From the NCBI GenBank assembly GCA_041586955.1, contig JBFGZE010000013.1:1-53341 (forward strand): a DNA stretch of 53,341 nt. Direction: 5' to 3'. The notes beneath the pieces were generated by a model. It made no database searches. It was given only the letters and a program-made list of their open reading frames with translations, and was not told the DNA's origin. This stretch comes from Bacteriovoracaceae bacterium. GTDB taxonomy: Bacteria; Bdellovibrionota; Bacteriovoracia; Bacteriovoracales; Bacteriovoracaceae. The translations under genes were made by a program, and so were the position numbers. Of this stretch, positions 11,466 through 20,292 are shown one piece after another (the stretch's first letter is position 1; each line of letters begins with the position of its first letter).

Positions 11466-12131
11466 ATGACAGGCCTAATAAATTTTGCAAACGCTTTTGT
11501 AGACTCTTCTCCATTATTTTTAAAGGCCTTAGGGCTGACTCTCTCAATTACGACTTGTTCTTTACTCTTATCTCTTCCTATCGCATTATTTTTTACCTTT
11601 TTAAGTCTGACGAAAAAAAAAGTACTCATTCAGATTTCAAAACTTTATATCTATCTAATTAGAGGCACACCTCTTATCGTTCAAATTTTTGTGCTTTATT
11701 TTGGACTGACTAATATTATTAAGCTTAATGCCTTTGTTTCCGCTTCTTTCGCTCTTGCTGTACATAACGGAGCATATATTTCAGAAATATTTCGAGGAGC
11801 AATTAATTCAATTGGCCTTGGTCAGTTTGAAGCATCAAAAAGCTTGGGAATGAATGCATTTAAAATGTATCGACGAATTATACTTCCACAGGCCATTAAA
11901 AGGTCCATTCCCAGCTTGGGAAATCAATTCATAATAACACTTAAAGATTCATCATTGGCCGCCTTTATTTCTATGAATGAATTATTTAATGTCGCAACAA
12001 CTTTAGGAGCGAATACATTTGATCAAATGACCTATTTGTTAATTGTCTCAGTATATTATTTGGGGCTGGTATTCATTTTTACGCTATTAACACGCTTATT
12101 AGAGAAGAAGCTTCATTATGCAGAAATCTAA
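11466..12131 (+). CDS. Polar amino-acid ABC transporter permease
   Basis: RGTPLIVQ, AYISEIFRG, GQFEASKSLG (EAA loop), LKDSSL. Confidence 0.93.
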   Translation: MTGLINFANAFVDSSPLFLKALGLTLSITTCSLLLSLPIALFFTFLSLTKKKVLIQISKLYIYLIRGTPLIVQIFVLYFGLTNIIKLNAFVSASFALAVHNGAYISEIFRGAINSIGLGQFEASKSLGMNAFKMYRRIILPQAIKRSIPSLGNQFIITLKDSSLAAFISMNELFNVATTLGANTFDQMTYLLIVSVYYLGLVFIFTLLTRLLEKKLHYAEI

Positions 12132-12858
12132 CGTATTATTGGAAATTAAAGGTCTAACGAAACGATTTGGGCAGTTTGATGCTCTTCGTTCTGTTGATTT
12201 TTGTCTAGAGAAAGGCCGTACGACTTCTATTATAGGGCCTTCAGGTTCTGGAAAAAGTACTTTGATAAGATGCTTGAATCTGCTTGAAGACTTTCAAGGA
12301 AAGTACTGTTTTGAAAATACTAGTATAGATATGGACTTTAAAAAGATTAACGAATTTAGGTTAAACTTTGGAATGGTATTTCAGCACTTTAATTTATTTC
12401 CCCATTTAACGGTTCTTGAGAATATTATTGAAGCGCCAGTTCACGTTCAAGGAAGAAAAAAGGCCGAATGTATTAGTGAGGCAAAAGCTTTATTAAGTCG
12501 TGTGGACCTTATTGATAAAGTCTCAAGTTACCCAAGTCAGCTTTCAGGGGGCCAAAAACAAAGAGTTGCTATTGCTAGAAGTTTGGCAATAAACCCAAAG
12601 GTTTTATTATTTGACGAGCCTACGAGTGCCCTCGATCCAGAAATGGTTGAAGAGGTTTTAGGAGTCATTCGCGGCCTAAAATCTAATCTAATCTCTATGG
12701 TCATTGTTTCCCATGAAATGAGCTTCGTTAAGGAAATTTCTGATGTGATTATATTTTTGGATAAAGGTGAAATTATTGAATCAGGTCCTCCTGATCAAAT
12801 ATTTAATAATCCTAAATCTCCTCGCCTAAAAGAGTTTTTGGCAAATGTTAAATCTTAA
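12118..12858 (+). CDS. Polar amino-acid ABC transporter ATPase (GlnQ family)
   Basis: GPSGSGKST, LSGGQKQRVAIAR, FDEPTSALDPE. Confidence 0.95.
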   Translation: MQKSNVLLEIKGLTKRFGQFDALRSVDFCLEKGRTTSIIGPSGSGKSTLIRCLNLLEDFQGKYCFENTSIDMDFKKINEFRLNFGMVFQHFNLFPHLTVLENIIEAPVHVQGRKKAECISEAKALLSRVDLIDKVSSYPSQLSGGQKQRVAIARSLAINPKVLLFDEPTSALDPEMVEEVLGVIRGLKSNLISMVIVSHEMSFVKEISDVIIFLDKGEIIESGPPDQIFNNPKSPRLKEFLANVKS

Positions 12859-13022
12859 ATAATGGAAAAATTGTTTACTTTAAACTGAATAAATTTTTGG
12901 GCCTTAAAGAAGAAATAGCGAATACGGTATTTAGTTAAAACTGGAATAATTTAATCTTTAGTTTGAGAGCTTCTAATGAAGACTGTGAATTCGCCTAAAT
13001 GGCGACTCTCGGTAAGAAGCAT

Positions 13023-13070
13023 TCGTTCCAGGTTCCAAAAAGATAGGTCCGACCATGGAACCTGGAACGA
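13023..13070. repeat. Perfect 15-bp inverted repeat with 18-nt loop
   Basis: TCGTTCCAGGTTCCA (13023-13037) / TGGAACCTGGAACGA (13056-13070). Confidence 0.85.
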
Positions 13071-13085
13071 TCAAAGAGACATCTT

Positions 13086-13325
13086 TCATAAACGCGTCGA
13101 CTTCACTTCGTGAATGCTCTCACATTTGACGCCGGCCTTCGCATGGTGTTTTTTGATCGCCTCGAGGTTTGGAGCGTCCAGCACGCAATAGATCTTATTA
13201 TCTTTCTCACTGAATAGGATCTCATCGTGTGTGACTCCGAATTCGTCAGGTGGCTCATTCTGCAATTTATGAAGAGTGTCCTCTGTAAATGGCTTCATTG
13301 GGTGGGTATCGATGAACTTTGGCAT
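13086..13325 (-). CDS. DUF4242 / SCO4226-like small metal-binding protein
   Basis: MPKFIDTH...KIYCVLDAPNLEAIKKHH...IHEV; AAGGAG RBS. Confidence 0.85.
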   Translation of the reverse strand: MPKFIDTHPMKPFTEDTLHKLQNEPPDEFGVTHDEILFSEKDNKIYCVLDAPNLEAIKKHHAKAGVKCESIHEVKSTRL

Positions 13326-13648
13326 GGTATCATCTCCTTTCGTCTGAATAATAGGGACTTAAAATTATTTTAAAAAGGGGGGACAATATATCTTACTTAA
13401 TGAGTGCCCAATATTTTCTTCATATTTTTATCAATAAAGAGCATTTGTGGCATAAAAGTGACAGTTTAAAAAACCACTAAACCTATTTAGCATCAGCCCG
13501 AATTTTGTGCAAGACTTTTAAAGTGTTGGGAGCAGACCGCTTTTTTTGGGTCTCCGATTACTGACCTCCACCGTGCCATTGGCCTTATGCTGGTACACCA
13601 ATTTTGGAGTATTTTGAAATGGTAATCAGTAAAATTTAAAAGACAGTT

Positions 13649-14554
13649 TTATAAGAGGTTAAGTTGCTCAGGCTTAGTGAATCTATGTCTCTGTTTAGTG
13701 CGATGCTGAAGAACTTCTGTTTTAATGATGGCATCTTCAGTGGTTTGAATGACAAAAAAGCTCATATCAACATATTCACGTTTTAATTCTTTCATCGCTT
13801 CAGTAATTAATTCTAAGTTCGCGGGGTCATCATCACTCATCCCGAAGCGGTGATGAGGGGAATGGCCATAAGTTTGAAGAGCTGTTTCAACTGATTGAAT
13901 GATTGCTCTTCGTTTGAGTTCTGGAACTGATATTTGAAATTTAGGGTCATCTAATTCTGTGGCGCGAACAGTACTATTACTAACCGGGTAAATGGTTAAA
14001 TAATTAGGGTTATGGGGGAGATGGCCATCTTTAACCAGAAGGTCAATTCCACGCTTGATGGTTTCTTTTTGGTGGCCTCTGGCAGTGATGACAGAAGTCG
14101 GGCGTTGATTATAGGTGGCATGGTAAAAACAATGCCAAGAGGGCGCCTTCCAACTATAATCCGCCCTTTTAAGAGCGACCTGAATATCCTCATGAAAGGA
14201 TAATTGTTTGCCGAGTAAACGCTCAAAGATATTGATCTTTTGATCCCGAAAGTTGCGAAACGATCCTGTGTCGTCATCAAAATTGAGAAAATAATCTTTA
14301 AAAGGGCCATCCTTACCAATGCTTTTTGAATGTTGAGCAAAGCTTCCACTAGAAACCCATTTCTCACTATTATCTTTTTTAGAGAAAAGTACAATTGGAG
14401 TGGCAAGAGAGACGACATTGTCGTCAAAGTCGAAAAAATAAAAACTTTTACCACCAAGGTGGGAGTTTCGATCCAATTCAAAGGGTCGAGCTAGATTTAG
14501 ATCCAATTGTCTTTTGTTTTGAGGAATGCGGGTACGGCTGATCCGTAGTTTCAT
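13649..14554 (-). CDS. HAD-superfamily-like hypothetical phosphatase
   Basis: FYFFDFDDN (motif I DxD), ITARG (motif II), K, GMSDDD (motif IV); ATG at 14554 preferred over the upstream GTG. Confidence 0.6.
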   Translation of the reverse strand: MKLRISRTRIPQNKRQLDLNLARPFELDRNSHLGGKSFYFFDFDDNVVSLATPIVLFSKKDNSEKWVSSGSFAQHSKSIGKDGPFKDYFLNFDDDTGSFRNFRDQKINIFERLLGKQLSFHEDIQVALKRADYSWKAPSWHCFYHATYNQRPTSVITARGHQKETIKRGIDLLVKDGHLPHNPNYLTIYPVSNSTVRATELDDPKFQISVPELKRRAIIQSVETALQTYGHSPHHRFGMSDDDPANLELITEAMKELKREYVDMSFFVIQTTEDAIIKTEVLQHRTKQRHRFTKPEQLNLL

Positions 14555-15141
14555 AAAAATCTCTCTCAATGGGTCGCCACAGTGTGTCACGCGCTAGGGT
14601 TTTTGGCAAGGACCCCTATAAGGATTTTATTATTGGTACTATTTATAGAGAATTAATGTCTGATGTAAACTATTAAAAGCATTAGCTTTTTTCTAAGGTT
14701 AGCCGATTTATTCAAAAGGTCATTCGGTTATGATTGGAAGTTTAAAGAGAGTGGAAGGTCTCATTTTTGTCGTAGGCCTTGATGTCAAAAAATTTTCTTG
14801 AGGGGCGAGGAGTTTTTTGTCATGAATTCCACTTGTTTATCTCATAAACAGATATTGGGAAGAGCGGCGCCATTAATTGATATAGGGATAAAAGTGCGCC
14901 TTGCGGCCCCTAAGGCATGTCAATATTGAATGAGATGTGGAATGGGGAGAATTAAATTTTCCTTTTTTTTCATTTCATAGTTAATTGGTTGTATTTGCTT
15001 TTTATGGGTCCTAGGTCTTGTCCGACTGAGGTGATTCAATAATATAAATGATTTTCTGGGAATTGTTTTGTAACCACCTCTTATGAGGGGAAGTTTTAGA
15101 AATTTCTGGTAAACTAGGGGCATGCCTTAAAAGGAGTTGGT

Positions 15142-16740
15142 ATGTCTGCAATTGATCTAAACCGAAGAGAATTCGTCAAATTTGTCACTAATGGGGCGCT
15201 TTTATCGACCCAGGTTGGGACCCTGGCGCATCTCGCTGGATGTTCTAGTTTTGGCGCTAAAAAAATTAATGAGCTACCCTTCACTCCTTTACGGCCAAGT
15301 CATTATGACAATCTTCTTTTACCAGAGGGCCTTGATTACACAATCCTGGCGGAATGGGGGCAAAAAATAAATACGGAAGATACCTTTGGTTTTAATAATG
15401 ATTACACCGCTTTCCTTCCTATAAGCAACCAAAAGCATGAAGGGATTTTATGGGTTAATCATGAGTACCCGCATCCCTTATTTATTAATGGGTTGTCACG
15501 GGGTAGTAAACCCAATCAGGCCCAGGTGAATAAGCAGCGTTACGAAGTGGGAGGTTCTCTTCTTCATCTTAGAAGAAAGGATGAACATTCAAAATGGGAG
15601 ATTGTCGCGAATTCTTCTTATAATCGTCGTATCACTGGACAGACTCCAATCCCTTTAATTGCTGATCGACCTATCGCAGGAAAGAGGACTGCGATTGGGA
15701 CCTTGGGGAATTGTGCCGGAGGAGTCACCCCTTGGGGCACTGTTTTAACCTGCGAAGAAAATTACGATCTATTTGTGGGGGAGAGATTACATAATAAAAA
15801 GCAAATTTTGAGCAGTAAACTTGGGTGGGAGCGCCATTATAATTTGCCTCCTGAGCATTATGGTTGGGTGGTGGAAGTTAATCCTTTTACTGGAGCCGCC
15901 AAAAAATTAACCGCTCTTGGGCGATTTGCCCATGAATGTGCGACCTGTGTAAAGACCAATGATGGCCGCACAGTGGTTTATTCTGGTGATGACCGTGCAG
16001 ATCAATTTATTTATAAATTTATTGCGGAGAGACCGGGCTCTTTGGAGAGAGGGGAGCTTTTTGTCGCCGATATTATTAAAGGCCGTTGGCTTTCTCTTGA
16101 TATCAATAAACAAGAAGTCTTAAAGAAAAACTTTAAAGATCAACTTGATATTCTCATTAATTGTCGCAAGGCCGGCAAATTATTAGGCGCTACACCTTGT
16201 GATAGACCAGAAGATATCGAGGTGAACCCCTTTACTGGCGATGTTTTGGTATGTCTCACAAATAATGTTAACCGCGCGAATTATTATGGCTCCATTCTTA
16301 AAATTCAAGAAAAGGGAGACCATTTATCAACGGAGTTCACTTCGTCGGACTTTAAAATGGGTGGTGAAGAATTTGCGTGCCCTGATAATATGGCCTTTGA
16401 TCGCAATGGTAATTTGTGGATGACCACCGATATGAGTGGATCAAGAATGAATAGACCTCCTTACAAGAAGTTTAAAAATAATGGACTTTTTTTTATTCCT
16501 ATGGCCGGAGATCTTAAAGGGCAAGTCTTTCAGGTAGCATCGGCTCCTAGAGACGCTGAGTTAACGGGGGTGAGTTTTTCAACGGATGGGCAGACCTTAT
16601 TTCTTTCGGTACAGCATCCTGGCGAGAACAGTAGAGGCCTGAGCAATTTAACGAGTCATTGGCCACATGGCGGTGATTCACTACCTAGGCCTTGTGTTGT
16701 TCAAATTAGGGGACCGGCGCTATCGAAATTGACTATTTAA
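15142..16740 (+). CDS. phoX: PhoX-family alkaline phosphatase, Tat-exported lipoprotein
   Basis: RREFVK twin-arginine signal, LAGC lipobox, VNHEY, NCAGGVTPWGTVLTCEEN, GRFAHE, DRPED, SVQHPGE; AAGGAG RBS. Confidence 0.92.
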   Translation: MSAIDLNRREFVKFVTNGALLSTQVGTLAHLAGCSSFGAKKINELPFTPLRPSHYDNLLLPEGLDYTILAEWGQKINTEDTFGFNNDYTAFLPISNQKHEGILWVNHEYPHPLFINGLSRGSKPNQAQVNKQRYEVGGSLLHLRRKDEHSKWEIVANSSYNRRITGQTPIPLIADRPIAGKRTAIGTLGNCAGGVTPWGTVLTCEENYDLFVGERLHNKKQILSSKLGWERHYNLPPEHYGWVVEVNPFTGAAKKLTALGRFAHECATCVKTNDGRTVVYSGDDRADQFIYKFIAERPGSLERGELFVADIIKGRWLSLDINKQEVLKKNFKDQLDILINCRKAGKLLGATPCDRPEDIEVNPFTGDVLVCLTNNVNRANYYGSILKIQEKGDHLSTEFTSSDFKMGGEEFACPDNMAFDRNGNLWMTTDMSGSRMNRPPYKKFKNNGLFFIPMAGDLKGQVFQVASAPRDAELTGVSFSTDGQTLFLSVQHPGENSRGLSNLTSHWPHGGDSLPRPCVVQIRGPALSKLTI

Positions 16741-16838
16741 ATTCCCTGTTAAAGGTTTAATTGAGAATAGTCGTAAATTTGCTATGGGATTTAGACTATT
16801 TTTTTTTGTGAGTTAAAAATTGCGCAAGAATTTCTTAA

Positions 16839-19800
16839 CTATAAATGAAGAATCGGCTCTGTTTCTTTCTTAGAAACCGGAACAAAGTCACCATCAGAAA
16901 CGGTTTCTGCCTCCTGACTGATGAGCATTTCTGGCAAAGGGGTGTGGACGGGAATTACCAATTCTTCTTGCTCTTTATTTTTGAAAACTTTATTTTTAAC
17001 TTTGTTTAAGAGTGACAGAATATCCCATTGAATATGCATTAGGCAGGGGATTAGGATCAATGTTAGAACTGTTGCAAAACTAAGACCCCAGCCCATAGAC
17101 ATCGCCAGGGACTTGGTAAAACCCGCATCTCCACCAATTCCGTAGGCCATAGGAAAGACGCCCCCTAAAGTAGTAATAGAGGTCAGCATAATGGCGCGTA
17201 AGCGTGAACTCGCACCATCAATAATAGCGAATTTATCTTGCTTTATTTGCTTCTTTTTTTTCTGATTAATGGTATCCACCATTAGCAGGGAGTCGTTAAC
17301 CACGACACCCGCCATACCAATGACTCCGATAATCGCCATTACATCTAATTGCATGTCTTGGAAATAAAAGGCCCAAATAATACCGATAATACCAAAAGGA
17401 ATGGCCGAGATAATCATAAGTGGCTGTGCCACACTACCAAGAACAAATGCCAAGATGGCGATAATTAAAAGAATACATTGGAAGAACATTTTAAGGAGAT
17501 TGGATTTATTTTCTTCCTCTCCACGGCTTGAATTCTTCACTTCAAATTGAGTTTGCGGGTAAAGTTCCTTTAAAGGCAATAATTGTTTATCTAGATCATT
17601 GATAAAGGTATCTTTATTAATTTTTTTTGCATCAAATAGGACGTCGACATAAACTTTACGCTTTAAGTCCTCATGGCTAACCGTTTTGAGGATGGTTTTC
17701 TCCTGCCAGCTTCCAAGGAATGAGGCGGGGATCTGTAGACCATTGGAAAGGTTTATAAGGAGATTGTTGAGGTCCTTAAAGGTCAAGTCTTCACCGTCTG
17801 TAAAGCCGACTTGAAGGGGGATATTTTCTCCGTTGAGGCGAATGTCTTTAATCCATTGAGGTGTGGTAAAACCGCGCAATTGGATCGCCAGCTCTTGGCG
17901 GTTAATGCCATACTCGAGAAGTTTTTTATTATTGGGATTAAAGACCCACGTCTTTTGGATTCGCTCAGGATCAAGAAAGGCCCCTGTCGTACCTTCCACT
18001 TTCATCGCTTCGGCCTGAGTAACTTTAAGAACCTGATCCACGTCTAATTGATCATTCATAGAGATTGAAACCTTAACTTGGTTATCTTTTTTATCCTCTT
18101 TACCATCGATAGAACGGTCGGAACTAAGGGTGTCAAAGTTATCGGTTTTGAGTGCCTTGAGATTTTCTTTGAGAAATTTTTCGATAAATTCCTTATTCTC
18201 TTTGAGGTTGGGATCCGTTTGCGAAAAGCGAATACTGATGCCGGCATAGCGATCACCCTCAAATTTTTTACCATTATGCCAAACGTGTCCAACCCGAGTG
18301 TGGATAAAATTATACTTCTCACGTGGCAGCTCTTTTAATTTGTTTTGGATTGGTTGTAGCATAGTGACAGTATGATCAACATTTTTAGACTCTTTTAGAA
18401 TCGAGACAATTTGAATACTCTCGTTGCCAATGTTGAGATTAAAATTCATAGGAACATTTTTTTGAGCGAAATAGAGGGAAAAGCCTGTAAAACCAAAAAA
18501 GACCAATAATAATAAATAGCGAGCTTTAAGGGCAAAACTTAGGACCTTCTTGTAAATACCCGCCATTTTATTCATAAAATTTAAACGCTTATCGTGTAAA
18601 GGCTTTTTGACGAAATGAAATAAATGATTGGGTAAGATAAAAAAGCAATCAATCCAACTGATGGCCAAGGCCGAAATGACAACAATGGGAATTGCCCGTA
18701 GAAAATTATTAAGCCCACTTTGAGATATTAATATAGGTGCAAAGGCCACCATCGTGGTCAAAACGGTTCCGGTTATGGGGCCCACGGTGGTTTTGACAGC
18801 ACTTAAGGCAGCATCCTTGGGATTCATTCCCTCTTCAAGATTTTGATTATATTGCTCGGCCACAATAATAGCGTCATCAACCAAAATGCCGATTACGAGA
18901 ATCATACCAACGATGGAAATGAGGTCAATTTTTATACCCATCGCCTCCATTATGGTAAAGGTGGTAAAATAGGCCATAGGAAGTCCCAGGGCTGCCATCG
19001 CTGCGGTCTTAAACCCTAAGAAAAAATAAAGGGATAGGACCACTAAAATAAGCCCCAAGAAGGCATTATTATTGAGTACTATTAATTGTCTTTCAATAAA
19101 GGCCGGCCCATCACCTGTAATCTCAAGACCGAGACCTTGGGGCATACTTTTTAATTCTTCATCAATTAATGTTTGAAGCTTTCTTTTGGTTAAGAGGGTA
19201 TCAGTGTCAAGGTCCTTAAAAAGTATAAGGTTAGATGAGGGTTGACCATTAATCAGAAAACGGTTTTTAAGCTTAGGGAAATCGTATTTAAGAACCCCAA
19301 GATTTTGAATGGTGACTTGGCGACCAGAGGAATTTCCCTTAACAATTATATTTTTCAAGCGGTCAATGGAATTGATATTATCACCTAATTGAATGGCGAT
19401 TTGGTCCCGGCCTTTTTCTATAAGGCCAATCGGCATTTGCTTAAGCTCACTAAGAAGAACTTGGGTCACATTTTGTGCCGGTACCTGGTAGCGCGCTAAT
19501 TTTTTAGGGTTTAACTTGAGAGTTAATATTTTCTGGGGGGCGTAGTTTGAAACTCGGTTAATGCCGGGAAGACGTGAAAGTTTTTGCTCAAGGTCTAAGG
19601 CCTTGGCCAAATGAGCTGGGTTTTTGAAGTCATAACCTAAAAGGGAGATAGAGCTGAACCAAAACGAGCTGATGAGGAATTTTTGGGCCTGCAGGTTTTC
19701 AACTTCTTGCGGCAGGGAAGATTTCCTCCCGGCAATGATATTTTTAACATTCTCTGTGAAGTTATCAACCTCATTAAAATCATCCGTTAAATGAAGGTCA

Positions 19801-20072
19801 ATAGAGGTATACCCAGGAGAGGTATGAGAGGTGATATTCTTAATACCGGCCAAACTTTTGACAGACTCCTCAAGAGGAAAGGTTACCCATTTTTCCATTT
19901 CTTCACTGCTGGCCCCTCGTAATTGAGCAGTGATTGTTACCTTTTTTTCTTGCCATTGCGGGACTAGGTCGCGTTTTAAATTAAAGGCAGAAAGGCCACC
20001 GATAATAATGAGAATAATGGAGATAAGATTGATGACAAAGCTTCTTTCAAGAAAAAAACGGATGATCGGCAT
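16839..20072 (-). CDS. RND-family (AcrB-like) transporter permease
   Basis: 1077 aa with two large periplasmic loops; GILVDDAIIV; RLRAIMLTSITT. Confidence 0.92.
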   Translation of the reverse strand: MPIIRFFLERSFVINLISIILIIIGGLSAFNLKRDLVPQWQEKKVTITAQLRGASSEEMEKWVTFPLEESVKSLAGIKNITSHTSPGYTSIDLHLTDDFNEVDNFTENVKNIIAGRKSSLPQEVENLQAQKFLISSFWFSSISLLGYDFKNPAHLAKALDLEQKLSRLPGINRVSNYAPQKILTLKLNPKKLARYQVPAQNVTQVLLSELKQMPIGLIEKGRDQIAIQLGDNINSIDRLKNIIVKGNSSGRQVTIQNLGVLKYDFPKLKNRFLINGQPSSNLILFKDLDTDTLLTKRKLQTLIDEELKSMPQGLGLEITGDGPAFIERQLIVLNNNAFLGLILVVLSLYFFLGFKTAAMAALGLPMAYFTTFTIMEAMGIKIDLISIVGMILVIGILVDDAIIVAEQYNQNLEEGMNPKDAALSAVKTTVGPITGTVLTTMVAFAPILISQSGLNNFLRAIPIVVISALAISWIDCFFILPNHLFHFVKKPLHDKRLNFMNKMAGIYKKVLSFALKARYLLLLVFFGFTGFSLYFAQKNVPMNFNLNIGNESIQIVSILKESKNVDHTVTMLQPIQNKLKELPREKYNFIHTRVGHVWHNGKKFEGDRYAGISIRFSQTDPNLKENKEFIEKFLKENLKALKTDNFDTLSSDRSIDGKEDKKDNQVKVSISMNDQLDVDQVLKVTQAEAMKVEGTTGAFLDPERIQKTWVFNPNNKKLLEYGINRQELAIQLRGFTTPQWIKDIRLNGENIPLQVGFTDGEDLTFKDLNNLLINLSNGLQIPASFLGSWQEKTILKTVSHEDLKRKVYVDVLFDAKKINKDTFINDLDKQLLPLKELYPQTQFEVKNSSRGEEENKSNLLKMFFQCILLIIAILAFVLGSVAQPLMIISAIPFGIIGIIWAFYFQDMQLDVMAIIGVIGMAGVVVNDSLLMVDTINQKKKKQIKQDKFAIIDGASSRLRAIMLTSITTLGGVFPMAYGIGGDAGFTKSLAMSMGWGLSFATVLTLILIPCLMHIQWDILSLLNKVKNKVFKNKEQEELVIPVHTPLPEMLISQEAETVSDGDFVPVSKKETEPILHL

Positions 20073-20292
20073 AAATATTCCCTAAGTTTTGGTGCACGGT
20101 ATCAGCCGCTGGTCAGAAGATCATCAATCGATGAAATCTTTATATTAAATAAATAATGGAATTATAGGTGTCAAGGTATTGGATTTAGGTAATAATTTCG
20201 TCGGCTATTGGCTTTATTGCAGAGCGTGCTCCGGGACAAAGGGGAAATTTTTTGATCTAATGGAGATCGGTTAAAAATGAGGAATAAGAATT

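Noticed and set aside
13521..13538. TGGGAGCAG as a direct repeat of the guaA end (TGGGAGTAG)
   Set aside because: Too short and mismatched to call an att site
14920..15123. 67-aa minus-strand ORF upstream of phoX
   Set aside because: Sits in an AT-rich promoter region with no RBS or motif
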